A DNA stretch of 64,000 nucleotides from an uncultured virus (IMG/VR IMGVR_UViG_3300001242_000018) (IMGVR_UViG_3300001242_000018:62001-126000); one strand, 5' to 3'. Positions 22,297-32,834 are shown, counted from the stretch's first letter. Program-made: numbers and translations. Notes: generated by a model from the sequence alone, not told the origin.

Positions 22297-24036
22297 ATGT
22301 CTATACTATTGTCTACTAAGACTAAGATACTAGAAGAACGCATGAAACTTCACCTAATACCTCTCCAGCAAGAGGTTCGTAATGGAAGTATTCAAAGTCC
22401 TATAGAATTATATTACAAGTTACACGAAGCGTTGCAGAATATCTATCTAACTATGGATAAACCCTCTTTTACAATAAGAGAAGCTAAGGGCGCTCCTATC
22501 TCTTCCGATTACAATATGATGATAGAAGAGGCAATTGAAGACCTTAGTTCACTGTATAGCGAGTTAGGTAATCTTGCAAAAGCTATCATTGTAGAGTTCA
22601 AGAATATAGAGATACAACGGAGTAATATCCAAGGAAAGATTAAGACTCTCAATAATAGGGTAGCTACCCTATCCACAAGGGCTAAAGAGTATTCCAACAT
22701 GGTCGAAATATTCAAAGAAACGTTTGCTAGTACTGATAACTACGATATCTCAATAGTTAAAGATACGCCGGCAGAAATTAATATACGGGCTGGCGTTTTA
22801 ACATTAGCTACCGAAGACAGTTCTATATTAGAGGATCTCGATATTAGTGTCGTGGATTGTAATGGTTTGCCTGGTAATACACATCAAGTACGAGCCATTG
22901 ATAATAAGTACAAGTTCTATGGTGAAGACGGTCTTCATATTAATTTAGCTGATGCAATGGATGGTAACACGGATACATGGTTTGAGATTGAAAAGTTTAA
23001 TATCAGTGATAGTGTACGCCAAGATATACTTGGTCTTGGGCTTGATTATATAGAAGGAATATCATGGGTCGATAGCGGAGATCTAATTATAGAAATAATA
23101 TTAGAGCCTCGCATAGCACAACTAGTTAACTGGGTAAGTATCGTACCGTTTATTCCGGCAGATAAGGGAGCTATAGCTCCTGTTGTAGAGTACTTAATAC
23201 TAGACGATGGTAAGGGGCTTAAGTCTGTAATTACCAAAGATGAGATGCTAAATAACGATACAGTTTTTCTAATACCTCGGCAAAAGGTTAAAAGAGTACT
23301 CTTAAGATTAAGACAATCTCATGGATATTCTATATTGGCCGGTCATTGGGCTTTTATAGAGCCAGGTGAAAGAAAGGGTAATCAATTCGGTAGTGTAGAA
23401 GAATCGAGATTAAGGGTTCTAGGGCCAATGCCTAGTGTAGGAAATCTTGGTGTTAAATATAATCCGCGAACTAGGGGTGTTGACTGGCTCGTATATACAA
23501 AGGAGACCATCTTCGAAGAACAAGAGATTAAGAACAATCTATTTAGTGTATCGTCGGACGGTCTTGAGATATACCTCGAAGCTATTAAAGCTACCAGGTA
23601 TCAATTAGGTTTAAGGGAAATACTCCTAGCTAACTATAGGTTCAAGTCTACTTCAACATTTATTAGCGATATATGGCCAGCTAAGAATCCTATTAATGAA
23701 ATAGCTATCGAGGCTAATATACAAATACCACCACAGTTTGGTACCAGTGACTGGGTTAGGTTTTATATCTCTATTGACGATGCTGCTAATTGGCACCGAA
23801 TATATCCTACTAGTACTATTGGTACGAACTTAAAAAAACTCTACTTAATCAACACAAATACCCCACTTGAAGCAAGACTTGATAACGTAGGTTATATAGA
23901 TAGTTCCGAACCTATCTATAAAGTAAGGGTAAAGGTAGAACTACAAAGACCAGAAGTTGCAGAACTAGATGATGCAGACTTCTATACACCACTAGTAACT
24001 GAGTATAACTTAAAAGTTACCTCAAGGAGCGTATAA
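22297..24036 (+). CDS. Putative baseplate/structural protein (paralog 2)
   Basis: Coiled coil, 'AMDGNTDTWFE', C-terminal 'VRVKVELQR...TPLVTEYNL'. Confidence 0.5.
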   Translation: MSILLSTKTKILEERMKLHLIPLQQEVRNGSIQSPIELYYKLHEALQNIYLTMDKPSFTIREAKGAPISSDYNMMIEEAIEDLSSLYSELGNLAKAIIVEFKNIEIQRSNIQGKIKTLNNRVATLSTRAKEYSNMVEIFKETFASTDNYDISIVKDTPAEINIRAGVLTLATEDSSILEDLDISVVDCNGLPGNTHQVRAIDNKYKFYGEDGLHINLADAMDGNTDTWFEIEKFNISDSVRQDILGLGLDYIEGISWVDSGDLIIEIILEPRIAQLVNWVSIVPFIPADKGAIAPVVEYLILDDGKGLKSVITKDEMLNNDTVFLIPRQKVKRVLLRLRQSHGYSILAGHWAFIEPGERKGNQFGSVEESRLRVLGPMPSVGNLGVKYNPRTRGVDWLVYTKETIFEEQEIKNNLFSVSSDGLEIYLEAIKATRYQLGLREILLANYRFKSTSTFISDIWPAKNPINEIAIEANIQIPPQFGTSDWVRFYISIDDAANWHRIYPTSTIGTNLKKLYLINTNTPLEARLDNVGYIDSSEPIYKVRVKVELQRPEVAELDDADFYTPLVTEYNLKVTSRSV

Positions 24037-24038
24037 CC

Positions 24039-25982
24039 ATGAGCGTGTATAATCAGCAACAGCAAATGATCACTAAGGAAGCTTACATGACCATTTTAAA
24101 GAATGGTATTCAGCCTCTTACAACCAGAGTTCAAACTCTGGCTACTAGGATTAAAGGAAAGAAAGTATTAGGTCTACCATTCTTCGATCCTATTAAGTTA
24201 ATTCCGGATGAAGTATCTGACGCCACACAGTGGAATAAACAACTTCGGGAAATTCTATGGGATTTATCAACTCTTTTTAATGAAACAAAAGCTCAGGGCC
24301 AACAGTTAATGGCCCTTTCAATATATTATAGCCATGAAAGAGACAGACTTAATCAATTGATTAAAGAGCTAAATCTTAAGTGCGCTATATTAGAAGAGCA
24401 ATTAGACAATCCAAATATCAGAGGGTTTACAGATAGCTTCATAAGCTTTGACAATGTTGAAACCATTGGTAATGATGCTCAAGGATTACCTTCGACTAAT
24501 GCCATGGTCGATTTAAAACGTAGTAGCATTCGTTTACCGCGATTAGCAGGATTGCCTGCTAAGTTCGATATGATAGATGCTTATATCAGAGTAAGTGGGA
24601 ATGGAGTGCTTGAACAATACGGAGACATAAAGAACATTCTTTCCGATAGTATTAACGATACATGGCAGTGTGTTTTAAATATAGATGGTGAGGAAAATGC
24701 CGTACTTACCATTAATGTAGAACTTAAAGAGCCGGTCATGACTAATTGTATAGAACTAGAATACGAGAATATTGGCAACGTTAAGGTGGAAATTAATACT
24801 GTAGATCAGAGTACAAATACAATCTCCTTCGGTGATTTTCTAGCTTGGGAAATGAACTCCAAAAGTATAGACAAACTAACGATTATCCTAACTAAAGATA
24901 CGCCCGATATAGAAAAGGGATACACTTTTGCTATCAAACATTTATGTATCAAGGCTGTACAATTTCAGGACAAGGCTTATATGGTAACCAAGAAATTTCC
25001 ACTTGATAGAATAAATGAAATTCTACTTAAAGTTGATGAAATTGTACCACCTCAAACCAATATCCGGTATTATTTATCATTAGAGTATAAAAACGCTCCG
25101 TTTGACTGGTTTGAAATAAAGAAAGATACCTCTTACGTATTTGATAACGTAGATGAAGATTTTGGCCTGTTTGCCCCCGGAGATGATTATTACGGCATAA
25201 GCATCTTAGAGAACTTTGGTATTAAATATTATACCATTGGTATTATCAACCATATACCATTTGCAAATATTATAGATGTGCGAGCTGGAGAACGTATGTG
25301 GTCGGTGGAAAGTATACCATTACCTAATAATATAAACGCAGATTATATTCCAACTGTTGCGGATTGGAAATACGCTATCAAGGTAGATAAACGTGTAATA
25401 GATACCGACAGAGTTGCTCTTGCATTATCCGCAGGCAATCTATATCGTTTAACTACCTATATCTACTGTACCTCTGACTTGACACCAACTAGTGTAATGC
25501 CTAATATGACCGGTGGTAAATTCTCACTATATGTTAACTCTACCAGAATTCAACCTGTATCCGGAAAATATCCGTTAAAGTTCAACAAAGAATGGAATAA
25601 AATAGAATTCTTTATAACCGCTTATGAGACAGGAAATGAATTCAGACATAAACTAGGTCTTGAAGTTCTTTCCGATACTATCTTTGCTAACTATTGGCCC
25701 ATGCAGATGATATCCGTTCACGATTTAACCTGTAATACAAACCTTGACGATAATAATAAGTTCGCCCTTCTAAAAAAGGATGATAAATACTTCGTCTTGG
25801 TTAACTTTAACCCAATAGATAGGGACTTATATAAGCAGGGGTGTAGATTCTCCTACAGTTATAAGTACCTGGATACAGATGATGAACTACTTGGGTTTAG
25901 AATGATGTCGATACTGGAACGTACCCATTTAGCCGAAGAGGTAACGTGTCATCTGTTAGGGTATAAGCTCTTAACGAAGTAG
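24039..25982 (+). CDS. Putative baseplate/structural protein (paralog 3)
   Basis: Coiled coil, 'ILSDSINDTWQ', C-terminal 'FRMMSILER...TCHLLGYKL'. Confidence 0.5.
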   Translation: MSVYNQQQQMITKEAYMTILKNGIQPLTTRVQTLATRIKGKKVLGLPFFDPIKLIPDEVSDATQWNKQLREILWDLSTLFNETKAQGQQLMALSIYYSHERDRLNQLIKELNLKCAILEEQLDNPNIRGFTDSFISFDNVETIGNDAQGLPSTNAMVDLKRSSIRLPRLAGLPAKFDMIDAYIRVSGNGVLEQYGDIKNILSDSINDTWQCVLNIDGEENAVLTINVELKEPVMTNCIELEYENIGNVKVEINTVDQSTNTISFGDFLAWEMNSKSIDKLTIILTKDTPDIEKGYTFAIKHLCIKAVQFQDKAYMVTKKFPLDRINEILLKVDEIVPPQTNIRYYLSLEYKNAPFDWFEIKKDTSYVFDNVDEDFGLFAPGDDYYGISILENFGIKYYTIGIINHIPFANIIDVRAGERMWSVESIPLPNNINADYIPTVADWKYAIKVDKRVIDTDRVALALSAGNLYRLTTYIYCTSDLTPTSVMPNMTGGKFSLYVNSTRIQPVSGKYPLKFNKEWNKIEFFITAYETGNEFRHKLGLEVLSDTIFANYWPMQMISVHDLTCNTNLDDNNKFALLKKDDKYFVLVNFNPIDRDLYKQGCRFSYSYKYLDTDDELLGFRMMSILERTHLAEEVTCHLLGYKLLTK

Positions 25983-25990
25983 GTGAAGAA

Positions 25991-26209
25991 ATGAACTATC
26001 CAAGTATGGTACGAACCAGTATGCGTAAGGCCGGGCCAATAGAAAGTAAGAAGTTTAATAGCGATATTACAAGTGTCGCTATTAGTATCGACTTATTGAA
26101 AAAGAGGTTTGACTCTTTTAGTGATGAGATAAAGAAACTCTTATTACCGGTGCAGGAAGTTATGAATGAAATTGATGAAGATTCTAAAAGATGTAATATA
26201 CTGAGGTGA
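25991..26209 (+). CDS. Small hypothetical protein resembling the N-terminus of neighbouring structural paralogs
   Basis: 'GPIESKKFN' resembles 'GAPISSDYN' and 'GEAKSEDYN'; SD AGGTG. Confidence 0.5.
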   Translation: MNYPSMVRTSMRKAGPIESKKFNSDITSVAISIDLLKKRFDSFSDEIKKLLLPVQEVMNEIDEDSKRCNILR

Positions 26210-27405
26210 ATGATATGAATTCTGGAGTACCCGCTACACCAAGAGAAGAGAAGCCTTTTAGAGGCGAGGCTAAAAGCGAGGATTATAACAAATTCACAAG
26301 ACGTACTTTCTTTGATATTTCAAACTTGTATAATATAGCAAATAAGTTAGAAGAAGATCTTAACTTTGCTATTGAAACAAACAGAGTTACTGACGTGTTT
26401 ATTCAGATGAAACTGGCTGAACAAGACCGTCTAATTAGGGAAATGGAGATAGAGAAAGCGAGTCTTAATAATGCTATAAAACAGTTCGTCATGGCAAAGG
26501 ATATGTTACCGGACGAAACTTCTAAAACACCAGCTTCGACAGATAGACATCACAACTTGGTGACAATCTCTTCAACCGGATCACCCGTATCTAAATTATA
26601 CCTAACCGATACTTTTACCGGAGAGATTATACTACCAAATGTTTTAAATGCTGTAGTAGATCCACCGGCAGACAATGCGATAATCAAAGACACAAATATA
26701 TTCGATTCTATAAAAGGTGGTTTCGCATTTTGGAGACGCAAGGTTACTAAAAGAGCTAGTGAATATATTCCTTCCGTATCTGCTCAGGTTATTATAGATT
26801 TACCTGAAGAGATAATTACAAATAGGAATGTTAATATGATAAATATAGCTCCGTACCCATGCGGCATGGTAGATATCGCAAACATAGAATATAACGTTGA
26901 TGGCAGCTGGAATGTTATACCCGGATTTGTGCCTATGAGTAATGCTAAGGATATGGTTTTATACTTTGCATCGATAGCTATCAAACAACTTCGTATTACT
27001 TTCAAGCAGCGTAACTTCATTATCGAAGGTGAGAACAAACAGTTTTACTTAGGCGCCAAGCGTATTGGAGTATATAGCGCGAATTACAAAACTGAAAATG
27101 GTGATCTTTTAATCCCCATAGAGCTTAAAGGAAGTGGCCGTAGGGCGATTAATACCATCACACCGCTATTTGCCAACGCCGGAGCCTTAACAGATACTAC
27201 GACTGAGAAACGTAGTGTATTTAATTATGCTATATACGAGGTTGATGATCAGGGTAATCTGATCTTTACACGTAATACACTACCTATCTACGTTAATAGT
27301 AACAATATAATCATTAAGGCTAGTCTTAATGCAGATCCGAATAATAAAGCAATCCCTGCATTAGAAGCGGTGGAGCTTGACTATAGTATTACTGGAGTGC
27401 CTTAA
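26206..27405 (+). CDS. Putative baseplate/structural protein (paralog 4)
   Basis: Same architecture; C-terminal 'IIIKASLN...IPALEAVEL'. Confidence 0.5.
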   Translation: MNDMNSGVPATPREEKPFRGEAKSEDYNKFTRRTFFDISNLYNIANKLEEDLNFAIETNRVTDVFIQMKLAEQDRLIREMEIEKASLNNAIKQFVMAKDMLPDETSKTPASTDRHHNLVTISSTGSPVSKLYLTDTFTGEIILPNVLNAVVDPPADNAIIKDTNIFDSIKGGFAFWRRKVTKRASEYIPSVSAQVIIDLPEEIITNRNVNMINIAPYPCGMVDIANIEYNVDGSWNVIPGFVPMSNAKDMVLYFASIAIKQLRITFKQRNFIIEGENKQFYLGAKRIGVYSANYKTENGDLLIPIELKGSGRRAINTITPLFANAGALTDTTTEKRSVFNYAIYEVDDQGNLIFTRNTLPIYVNSNNIIIKASLNADPNNKAIPALEAVELDYSITGVP

Positions 27406-27425
27406 GACGTTAGGGAGGGTTTTTA

Positions 27426-27986
27426 ATGAACCCAGGCACAATCGTTAATTTTTGTATTGGCCCTATCGATGTTACTATGTTGTCTTTTGCCGGTATAATA
27501 ATTATTAACACAATATCTAAAATTATCGATACGAAAACTGTAAAACCTATATTAGAAGAATCACTCAAAGCTGCATTTGCTTACCTAGTTTTTATTATGA
27601 TAGCAAATCGTATGGATGCTGCAGGTATTACCGCAGCTATGGGGTGGAAAAGTACACAATATCTTGTAGTAATAGGTTTGGCAGCAAGAGAGGCTATCGA
27701 TCTTCTTAAGAGAATAAGTACAAAATGGGGCATAGCTATACCAGGAATCTTGGATAATAGACTTTCCAAGATTGAATCAGGAGAAGTTGAACAATCTCCT
27801 GACTATATAGATCCTGTGGTATTAGATCAACGTATACAAAATCTAAAAAACAATATGGATAAAATCAAAGAACTTAGACGGTTGGAAAGGGAGCTGAATG
27901 ATCTTGGTGGCCCTATTGTACAAGATCGTAATTACAATTCACCTTCTGGCGATACGCAATACGGTTCTAACGAACCAACAATTTAG
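27426..27986 (+). CDS. Phage holin (Phage_holin_4_1/TcdE-like)
   Basis: Three hydrophobic segments followed by 'REAIDLLKRI...GIAIPGILDNRLSKI', matching the family pattern E..SI.EN...G..IP..L...L. Confidence 0.6.
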   Translation: MNPGTIVNFCIGPIDVTMLSFAGIIIINTISKIIDTKTVKPILEESLKAAFAYLVFIMIANRMDAAGITAAMGWKSTQYLVVIGLAAREAIDLLKRISTKWGIAIPGILDNRLSKIESGEVEQSPDYIDPVVLDQRIQNLKNNMDKIKELRRLERELNDLGGPIVQDRNYNSPSGDTQYGSNEPTI

Positions 27987-27997
27987 GAGGCGTTACG

Positions 27998-28690
27998 ATG
28001 TTTACACCAATTCTAATGGTAGTACCGGTGCAGTTTGTAATGGGGCTTTTAATTGGTCTATTTATGGACGATAATGATAATACGATTACCAATGAATTCT
28101 GGGTATCTACTCTTGTTTTTATCTTAATTAATCTATCAACTATAATTGCCGGTAAATCAGATGCCGTATCGATATCGACACTTATCGCTCTAGGAATCGG
28201 ATGGATAGTAATGTGGTGTGGACTCGGTGTAGGTAACATATTACGCCAGGAACTTATTAAACGCATTACTAGAACTCGTACTAATAATGAAATAAAGTTA
28301 AGTCTTACATCTTTCTTAAGAGCAGCACAGAGTTATGGATATATGGGTGGTACGGAAAGAACCGATATTATGAATCATCATTTAGCCGAATTACAAGAGG
28401 CTATCGCAGAAGTAATCATGATTTGTAAAAAAATAAATCCTAACAGTACTATCGATATGGAAAAGACGCTTTCAACATTGTCAGAATTAGCCTTTGATTA
28501 TGCTGAAGTATCAGAGCACATAGCTAATGTTAAAACAAACTCTGACAAAAGAAACGAACTCATTAATGAATGGATACAGTTTGGTGATAAACTTATTGAT
28601 TATTTATGGGATACGTTACGTACTACGGAATTTGTCATGCACAACAATCTACGGAAATTATCCACATTTTCTATCATAAGGATTATGTAA
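27998..28690 (+). CDS. Membrane protein with three N-terminal TM segments and a helical soluble domain
   Basis: Hydrophobic N-terminus; AGGAGG SD. Confidence 0.5.
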   Translation: MFTPILMVVPVQFVMGLLIGLFMDDNDNTITNEFWVSTLVFILINLSTIIAGKSDAVSISTLIALGIGWIVMWCGLGVGNILRQELIKRITRTRTNNEIKLSLTSFLRAAQSYGYMGGTERTDIMNHHLAELQEAIAEVIMICKKINPNSTIDMEKTLSTLSELAFDYAEVSEHIANVKTNSDKRNELINEWIQFGDKLIDYLWDTLRTTEFVMHNNLRKLSTFSIIRIM

Positions 28691-28717
28691 TATGTAATCC
28701 CTTTTGGCAAATACGTG

Positions 28718-28746
28718 TTGCAAAATGAAATTCAAGGTGGTATAAT
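28718..28746 (+). promoter_or_regulatory. Sigma-A-type promoter of the replication block
   Basis: TTGCAA-17 nt-TATAAT with an extended -10 TG, just upstream of AAGGAG and ATG 28776. Confidence 0.7.
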
Positions 28747-28775
28747 TGCATTAAAGAGCGCAAAGGAGTGTAATT

Positions 28776-29090
28776 ATGGAAAGTACAATTGCAACAGGAT
28801 TAAGTCTTATGAGAGATGGACAAATCCGTGAAAGTATCAAAAAGACACTATTATCTAACGTTCCTGAAGTGGACGAGCTAAACTCTTTGTTCAATCATAA
28901 ATGGTGTCTTTCCATTATCGATACTGGGACAACCTTAGATGAACGGGAATACGTACTACAAGTAAGGTTATTCATTGATGGTATGGGCTTTAGGGATGGT
29001 ATTGGTACCGGAGCGAATGTATATCAAGCTAAGCTATCTGCTCTTAAAGACGCTATGTTGTTATTCGGTATTGTAGATGAAGATAATTAG
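28776..29090 (+). CDS. Rad52/Rad22 (Sak/DdrA)-like small protein
   Basis: 'ELNSLFNHKW.LSI...VLQVRLFIDG...RDGIG.......A..SALK.A..LFGI' follows the Rad52 core pattern. Confidence 0.45.
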   Translation: MESTIATGLSLMRDGQIRESIKKTLLSNVPEVDELNSLFNHKWCLSIIDTGTTLDEREYVLQVRLFIDGMGFRDGIGTGANVYQAKLSALKDAMLLFGIVDEDN

Positions 29091-29816
29091 ATGAAACTTT
29101 CAATATACGACCTTGTGTATAAATACTTTACAGATCTTTATCCCTTAAATAAGCCTATAACGGATAAAGATAAAGTCAATATATACAATATATTCTGGAG
29201 CTTATTGAAAGATGGATGGACTGCTGATGAAATGATATCTCATATATCACAAGCGGCCGCCAAAACGCCAGGAGTTGAACCCGAGCAGGGAAACCTCCTG
29301 GCCTTCTTTTATAAACTTAAACGCAACAAACAAAACATACTCTATCCTGGTACGGTTTATACTCACTCTCAGCTTCGCGTATTTGCGGCAGCTCCCGTAA
29401 TCGATGTAGATATTAACACTGGTGAGATTAAGTACGAACAACAGGATTATTACATGGAACCAAGAGCTAGTTATACTATAGAAGAGCTTATTTCTTACTA
29501 CAATTGGGTTGTAAAGCCGATACGGAATAATCAAATATCAAGATATATGTCTGTATTTAATATACTTGTTAAAGGTTATGGTATAGATCATGTATTATAT
29601 ATGATCGACACTATAGTTAACAAGATGATAGCTGGTGAAATTCTAGAGCCCAATACTCCATTGGTTATTCAGGACTATTCCAGAGAAGCCATGGAATTAA
29701 TGCAGACAAGACTTACTGAATTGACAGAGAATGGAGGCCTTAGTGTTGTCTATAAGCCAAGAATTCCTCTGGATAGAAGGGGGAGTAGCACTACCACGAA
29801 ACCGGTTTCATCGTAA
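29091..29816 (+). CDS. Hypothetical protein
   Basis: 241-aa ORF abutting the upstream gene. Confidence 0.55.
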   Translation: MKLSIYDLVYKYFTDLYPLNKPITDKDKVNIYNIFWSLLKDGWTADEMISHISQAAAKTPGVEPEQGNLLAFFYKLKRNKQNILYPGTVYTHSQLRVFAAAPVIDVDINTGEIKYEQQDYYMEPRASYTIEELISYYNWVVKPIRNNQISRYMSVFNILVKGYGIDHVLYMIDTIVNKMIAGEILEPNTPLVIQDYSREAMELMQTRLTELTENGGLSVVYKPRIPLDRRGSSTTTKPVSS

Positions 29817-30801
29817 TATAATACTCACGATAGACAAGATTGAAGAATTTAGGCAAATGCACGGAAATGTCGGAATCTATACCACCGCCTATAGGTATAA
29901 GCAAGGAGACCAGAAAGGTGAGTTATGGGCAGACTTCTTCTACAACGATTTTGACAATAAAGATCTTATCAATCCCGATCCATACATAGCTGAAGCAGGT
30001 TGGAGAAAAGTAGTAGAGGATGTACGGCATGCCGTATCCGTTTATGATGTATTCTATGGAATCATGACGGAACAGATACGCTTTTATTTCTCCGGTAAGA
30101 AGGGTATAAGTTTATTAATTCATGCCGAATGTATAGGGTATAAGCCTCATGAGTATCTAAATGAAATCTTTAAACAGATGGTCATGGAAGTTAAGACATA
30201 TTGTCCTAACGATACGCTTGATACTAGAATATACGATAGGGTGAGATTATGGCGATTAATAAACAGCAGACACGAGGACAGCGGGTTTTACAAAGTACCA
30301 TTAACTTACCAAGAAGTCGTATCAAAAAGTCTTATAGAGGTAAAAGAATTAGCCAGTACGATGAGAAAGATAGAAATAAAGAATCCAGCTCCGGTAGCTA
30401 AAGCTATCAAGAAGGTTAGTCAGTTGATTAAGGATTTTAAACCTAACCGAATAGATGACGCACCGGGCCGTCGACTGAAATTCGTTCCTCCTTGTGTAGA
30501 TAATATACTAAACTTCCAGATAGCAGAAGGTCGGCGGAATAATAGCGCTGCTGCCCTGGCTAACTTCTTTAAACAGTTTGGTAAACCTTATGACGAGACT
30601 TGTGATTTAATGAACGATTGGAATAACAAATGCTGTGTGCCAAGTCTACCAGCCTCTGAGCTTCTAAGCACGGTTCGGTCGGCGTATACGACAAATAAAA
30701 CTTGGGGTTGTGGGTCTATGATCGCTCTATCAGAATGCGAACCTACAAAATGTAAGTTTGCATCACGTCGAAAGAAAGGACAGGTAAATAAGCATGGATA
30801 G
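29731..30801 (+). CDS. Archaeo-eukaryotic primase (AEP/PrimPol)-like protein with C-terminal PriCT-1 domain
   Basis: 'YNDFD' motif I, 'YFSGKKG' motif II, 'DTRIYD..RLWRL.NS.H..SG.YKVP', PriCT-like 'EGRRNN.....A......G' and 'L...EL..TVRSA'. Confidence 0.75.
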   Translation: MEALVLSISQEFLWIEGGVALPRNRFHRNIILTIDKIEEFRQMHGNVGIYTTAYRYKQGDQKGELWADFFYNDFDNKDLINPDPYIAEAGWRKVVEDVRHAVSVYDVFYGIMTEQIRFYFSGKKGISLLIHAECIGYKPHEYLNEIFKQMVMEVKTYCPNDTLDTRIYDRVRLWRLINSRHEDSGFYKVPLTYQEVVSKSLIEVKELASTMRKIEIKNPAPVAKAIKKVSQLIKDFKPNRIDDAPGRRLKFVPPCVDNILNFQIAEGRRNNSAAALANFFKQFGKPYDETCDLMNDWNNKCCVPSLPASELLSTVRSAYTTNKTWGCGSMIALSECEPTKCKFASRRKKGQVNKHG

Positions 30802-31906
30802 GGAACCGGAATACTGTTATCAGGAAGAGATATGTAACATCCCTGATGAAATACCAGATATAATAGAGGAAAACTCAACATGTGCAGCAGATTATAGAGA
30901 GAGACCTATATTAGGCGAATCTAATCAGACCGTTAATATGCCCGATTATGTAGCAGAACAGTTGAATTCCATAGATCAGTTTACCAAAGAGATACAATCA
31001 GATAATCACGGGTTTGATACCGGATGGAGTGGACTAAATAAAGCACTAAATAAACTACAAGCGGGCTTTCATGTAGTCGCAGGTGATAGTAATATCGGGA
31101 AGTCGTCCTGGCTATCTATGTTAGAATGGAACATATACAATAACAACCCTGACGCATATGTTCTTTCTTTTTCACTAGACGATCCTCTAAAGGACAAGCT
31201 TGCCAGAATACTGGCGGCGGCTAATAAAGTACTGATTAATGCTGTAAGTAATCCTAACGCCTATAAAGACTCTCATCCTATTTTATATACCAGAGTATTT
31301 CATGGTATTGAAATGTTGAAACAAGCCGCTTGGAGATATAGAGCCGTTGATTCTACTGCTTTTGGTACAGATATAGAAGATATTACTGACGAAATTAAGA
31401 GGATGTGTATCAAATTAAAGAGCCAGAGCACTCCTCTTAAGTTAGTAGTTATTATAGATAACTTTCATGATTTAACAACTGCCAATACTATGGTCGTAGG
31501 CAATGATAAAAACAAATATGATTACATTGCTCAAACGGTATCGGATTTGGCAAACACTCTTGGCATTCCTATAATATGTACAGCGGAGCTTCGTAAACTA
31601 AATAACTATAAGAGACCTACCAAAGAGGATATTCGGGAGACTGTTAAGATTAAGTATGAAGCTAAAAGTATCCTTGTTTGTTACAACGAAGTAGGTCTTA
31701 AGGGAGAAGCCGCAGCTTGTTATTGGGAGAGAAAGGGTGTAGTAGAGAAACAACCTGTATACGAAGTTAAGGTCGATAAGAACAAGTATAATAGTTATAA
31801 GGGCAGATTGTTCTTTGAGATGTATCCAGAGATGGCTTACTTCGAAGAAGCTAATGCAGCTAGAACGGCTATTTATACTCAGGCGGTTTATAACACAGAT
31901 CATTAG
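30794..31906 (+). CDS. DnaB-like SF4 helicase (C-terminal RecA-type domain)
   Basis: 'GFDTGW..LN', Walker A 'AGDSNIGKS', 'FSLD', Walker B 'VVIIDNFH', 'TAELRK', 'RPT.EDIRE', 'KNK'. Confidence 0.8.
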   Translation: MDREPEYCYQEEICNIPDEIPDIIEENSTCAADYRERPILGESNQTVNMPDYVAEQLNSIDQFTKEIQSDNHGFDTGWSGLNKALNKLQAGFHVVAGDSNIGKSSWLSMLEWNIYNNNPDAYVLSFSLDDPLKDKLARILAAANKVLINAVSNPNAYKDSHPILYTRVFHGIEMLKQAAWRYRAVDSTAFGTDIEDITDEIKRMCIKLKSQSTPLKLVVIIDNFHDLTTANTMVVGNDKNKYDYIAQTVSDLANTLGIPIICTAELRKLNNYKRPTKEDIRETVKIKYEAKSILVCYNEVGLKGEAAACYWERKGVVEKQPVYEVKVDKNKYNSYKGRLFFEMYPEMAYFEEANAARTAIYTQAVYNTDH

Positions 31907-31916
31907 GAGGTTTACA

Positions 31917-32195
31917 ATGGAGGGGTTGGAAAAGAGAAAAGCCGATCTACCAATACCGGAATCCGTTAATGAGCTTGGTCTTACCGAGCTGGAACAGAAC
32001 TGTATGGATGGTCTTAATCAATGTATGGCAGCTTTCTGGGAGATGGATCGTCAACATCCTGATGAAGCTAGAGATTTTGTAAATGCCGTCCATGTAATTC
32101 AACGATTACTTGGTCAACGAATTGTTAGACGGTGTTATCCGAAAGGATGGCCTACTTACAGGTATAGAAAGGATGTCAAAGTATGTCCCAATTAA
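31917..32195 (+). CDS. Hypothetical phage protein
   Basis: Start moved to ATG 31917 after AGGAGG. Confidence 0.55.
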   Translation: MEGLEKRKADLPIPESVNELGLTELEQNCMDGLNQCMAAFWEMDRQHPDEARDFVNAVHVIQRLLGQRIVRRCYPKGWPTYRYRKDVKVCPN

Positions 32196-32479
32196 ACGAA
32201 TGGAGTAGTAGAAAGGATTACTACAGACAAAAGGTTGAAGAAGCGGGTTGTACTCGCTACCAACCGTGTGAAATCTGTTATAAATGTAAAGTTAAGGCCA
32301 GTCATCTGTTCATCAAGTGTGGAAATTGCCAGGTTCCTATATGTGGACATGATGAGCGAGCTCGCAACTTTATGATTAGACGAGAGAATCAACGGCACAG
32401 ATTAATGCATTTCTTACCCAGTATTAACGAGGGTAAGAAGAAAGGAGATGAACAAAATGAGAGCCAGGGAAGAATTTAA
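32183..32479 (+). CDS. Cys-rich putative zinc-binding protein
   Basis: Several CxxC motifs. Confidence 0.5.
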   Translation: MSQLNEWSSRKDYYRQKVEEAGCTRYQPCEICYKCKVKASHLFIKCGNCQVPICGHDERARNFMIRRENQRHRLMHFLPSINEGKKKGDEQNESQGRI

Positions 32480-32834
32480 GGGAAAGGTAAATATCCCTAA
32501 GATTAATGCTGGTGTAAATGAAGTGCCTGGTATAGACTATTCTCAAACTATAGATTTTGTACCACCTAAAAAGGTTCCTTCTAAGCCAGGTGAGCTTATA
32601 TGTCAAGCTTGCGGTAAGCCAATTCGAACTAACGATTTTAGTAAAGATCCTAAACGGAGAGCTTACCAGTATAAAAACTTATTACATGATGCATGTGACG
32701 AAGCGATTGGAGCTACCCTCGACCTCTCAACCGGAATGGATCCCGATCGGCACAGAAAAGCTGCACAAGAAGAGATAAAACGACGGGAAGCTAAGAGATT
32801 ACCAGACTCTAATACCTTCGGTTTATCATTCTGA
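32448..32834 (+). CDS. Hypothetical protein with CxxC...HxxC zinc site
   Basis: 'CQACGKP' and 'HDAC'; SD AAGGAG. Confidence 0.5.
   Translation: MNKMRAREEFKGKVNIPKINAGVNEVPGIDYSQTIDFVPPKKVPSKPGELICQACGKPIRTNDFSKDPKRRAYQYKNLLHDACDEAIGATLDLSTGMDPDRHRKAAQEEIKRREAKRLPDSNTFGLSF

Noticed and set aside
3011..28266. Short minus-strand ORFs inside the structural block, and similar shadow ORFs elsewhere
   Set aside because: Antisense shadows of long coding genes with no SD or recognisable motif
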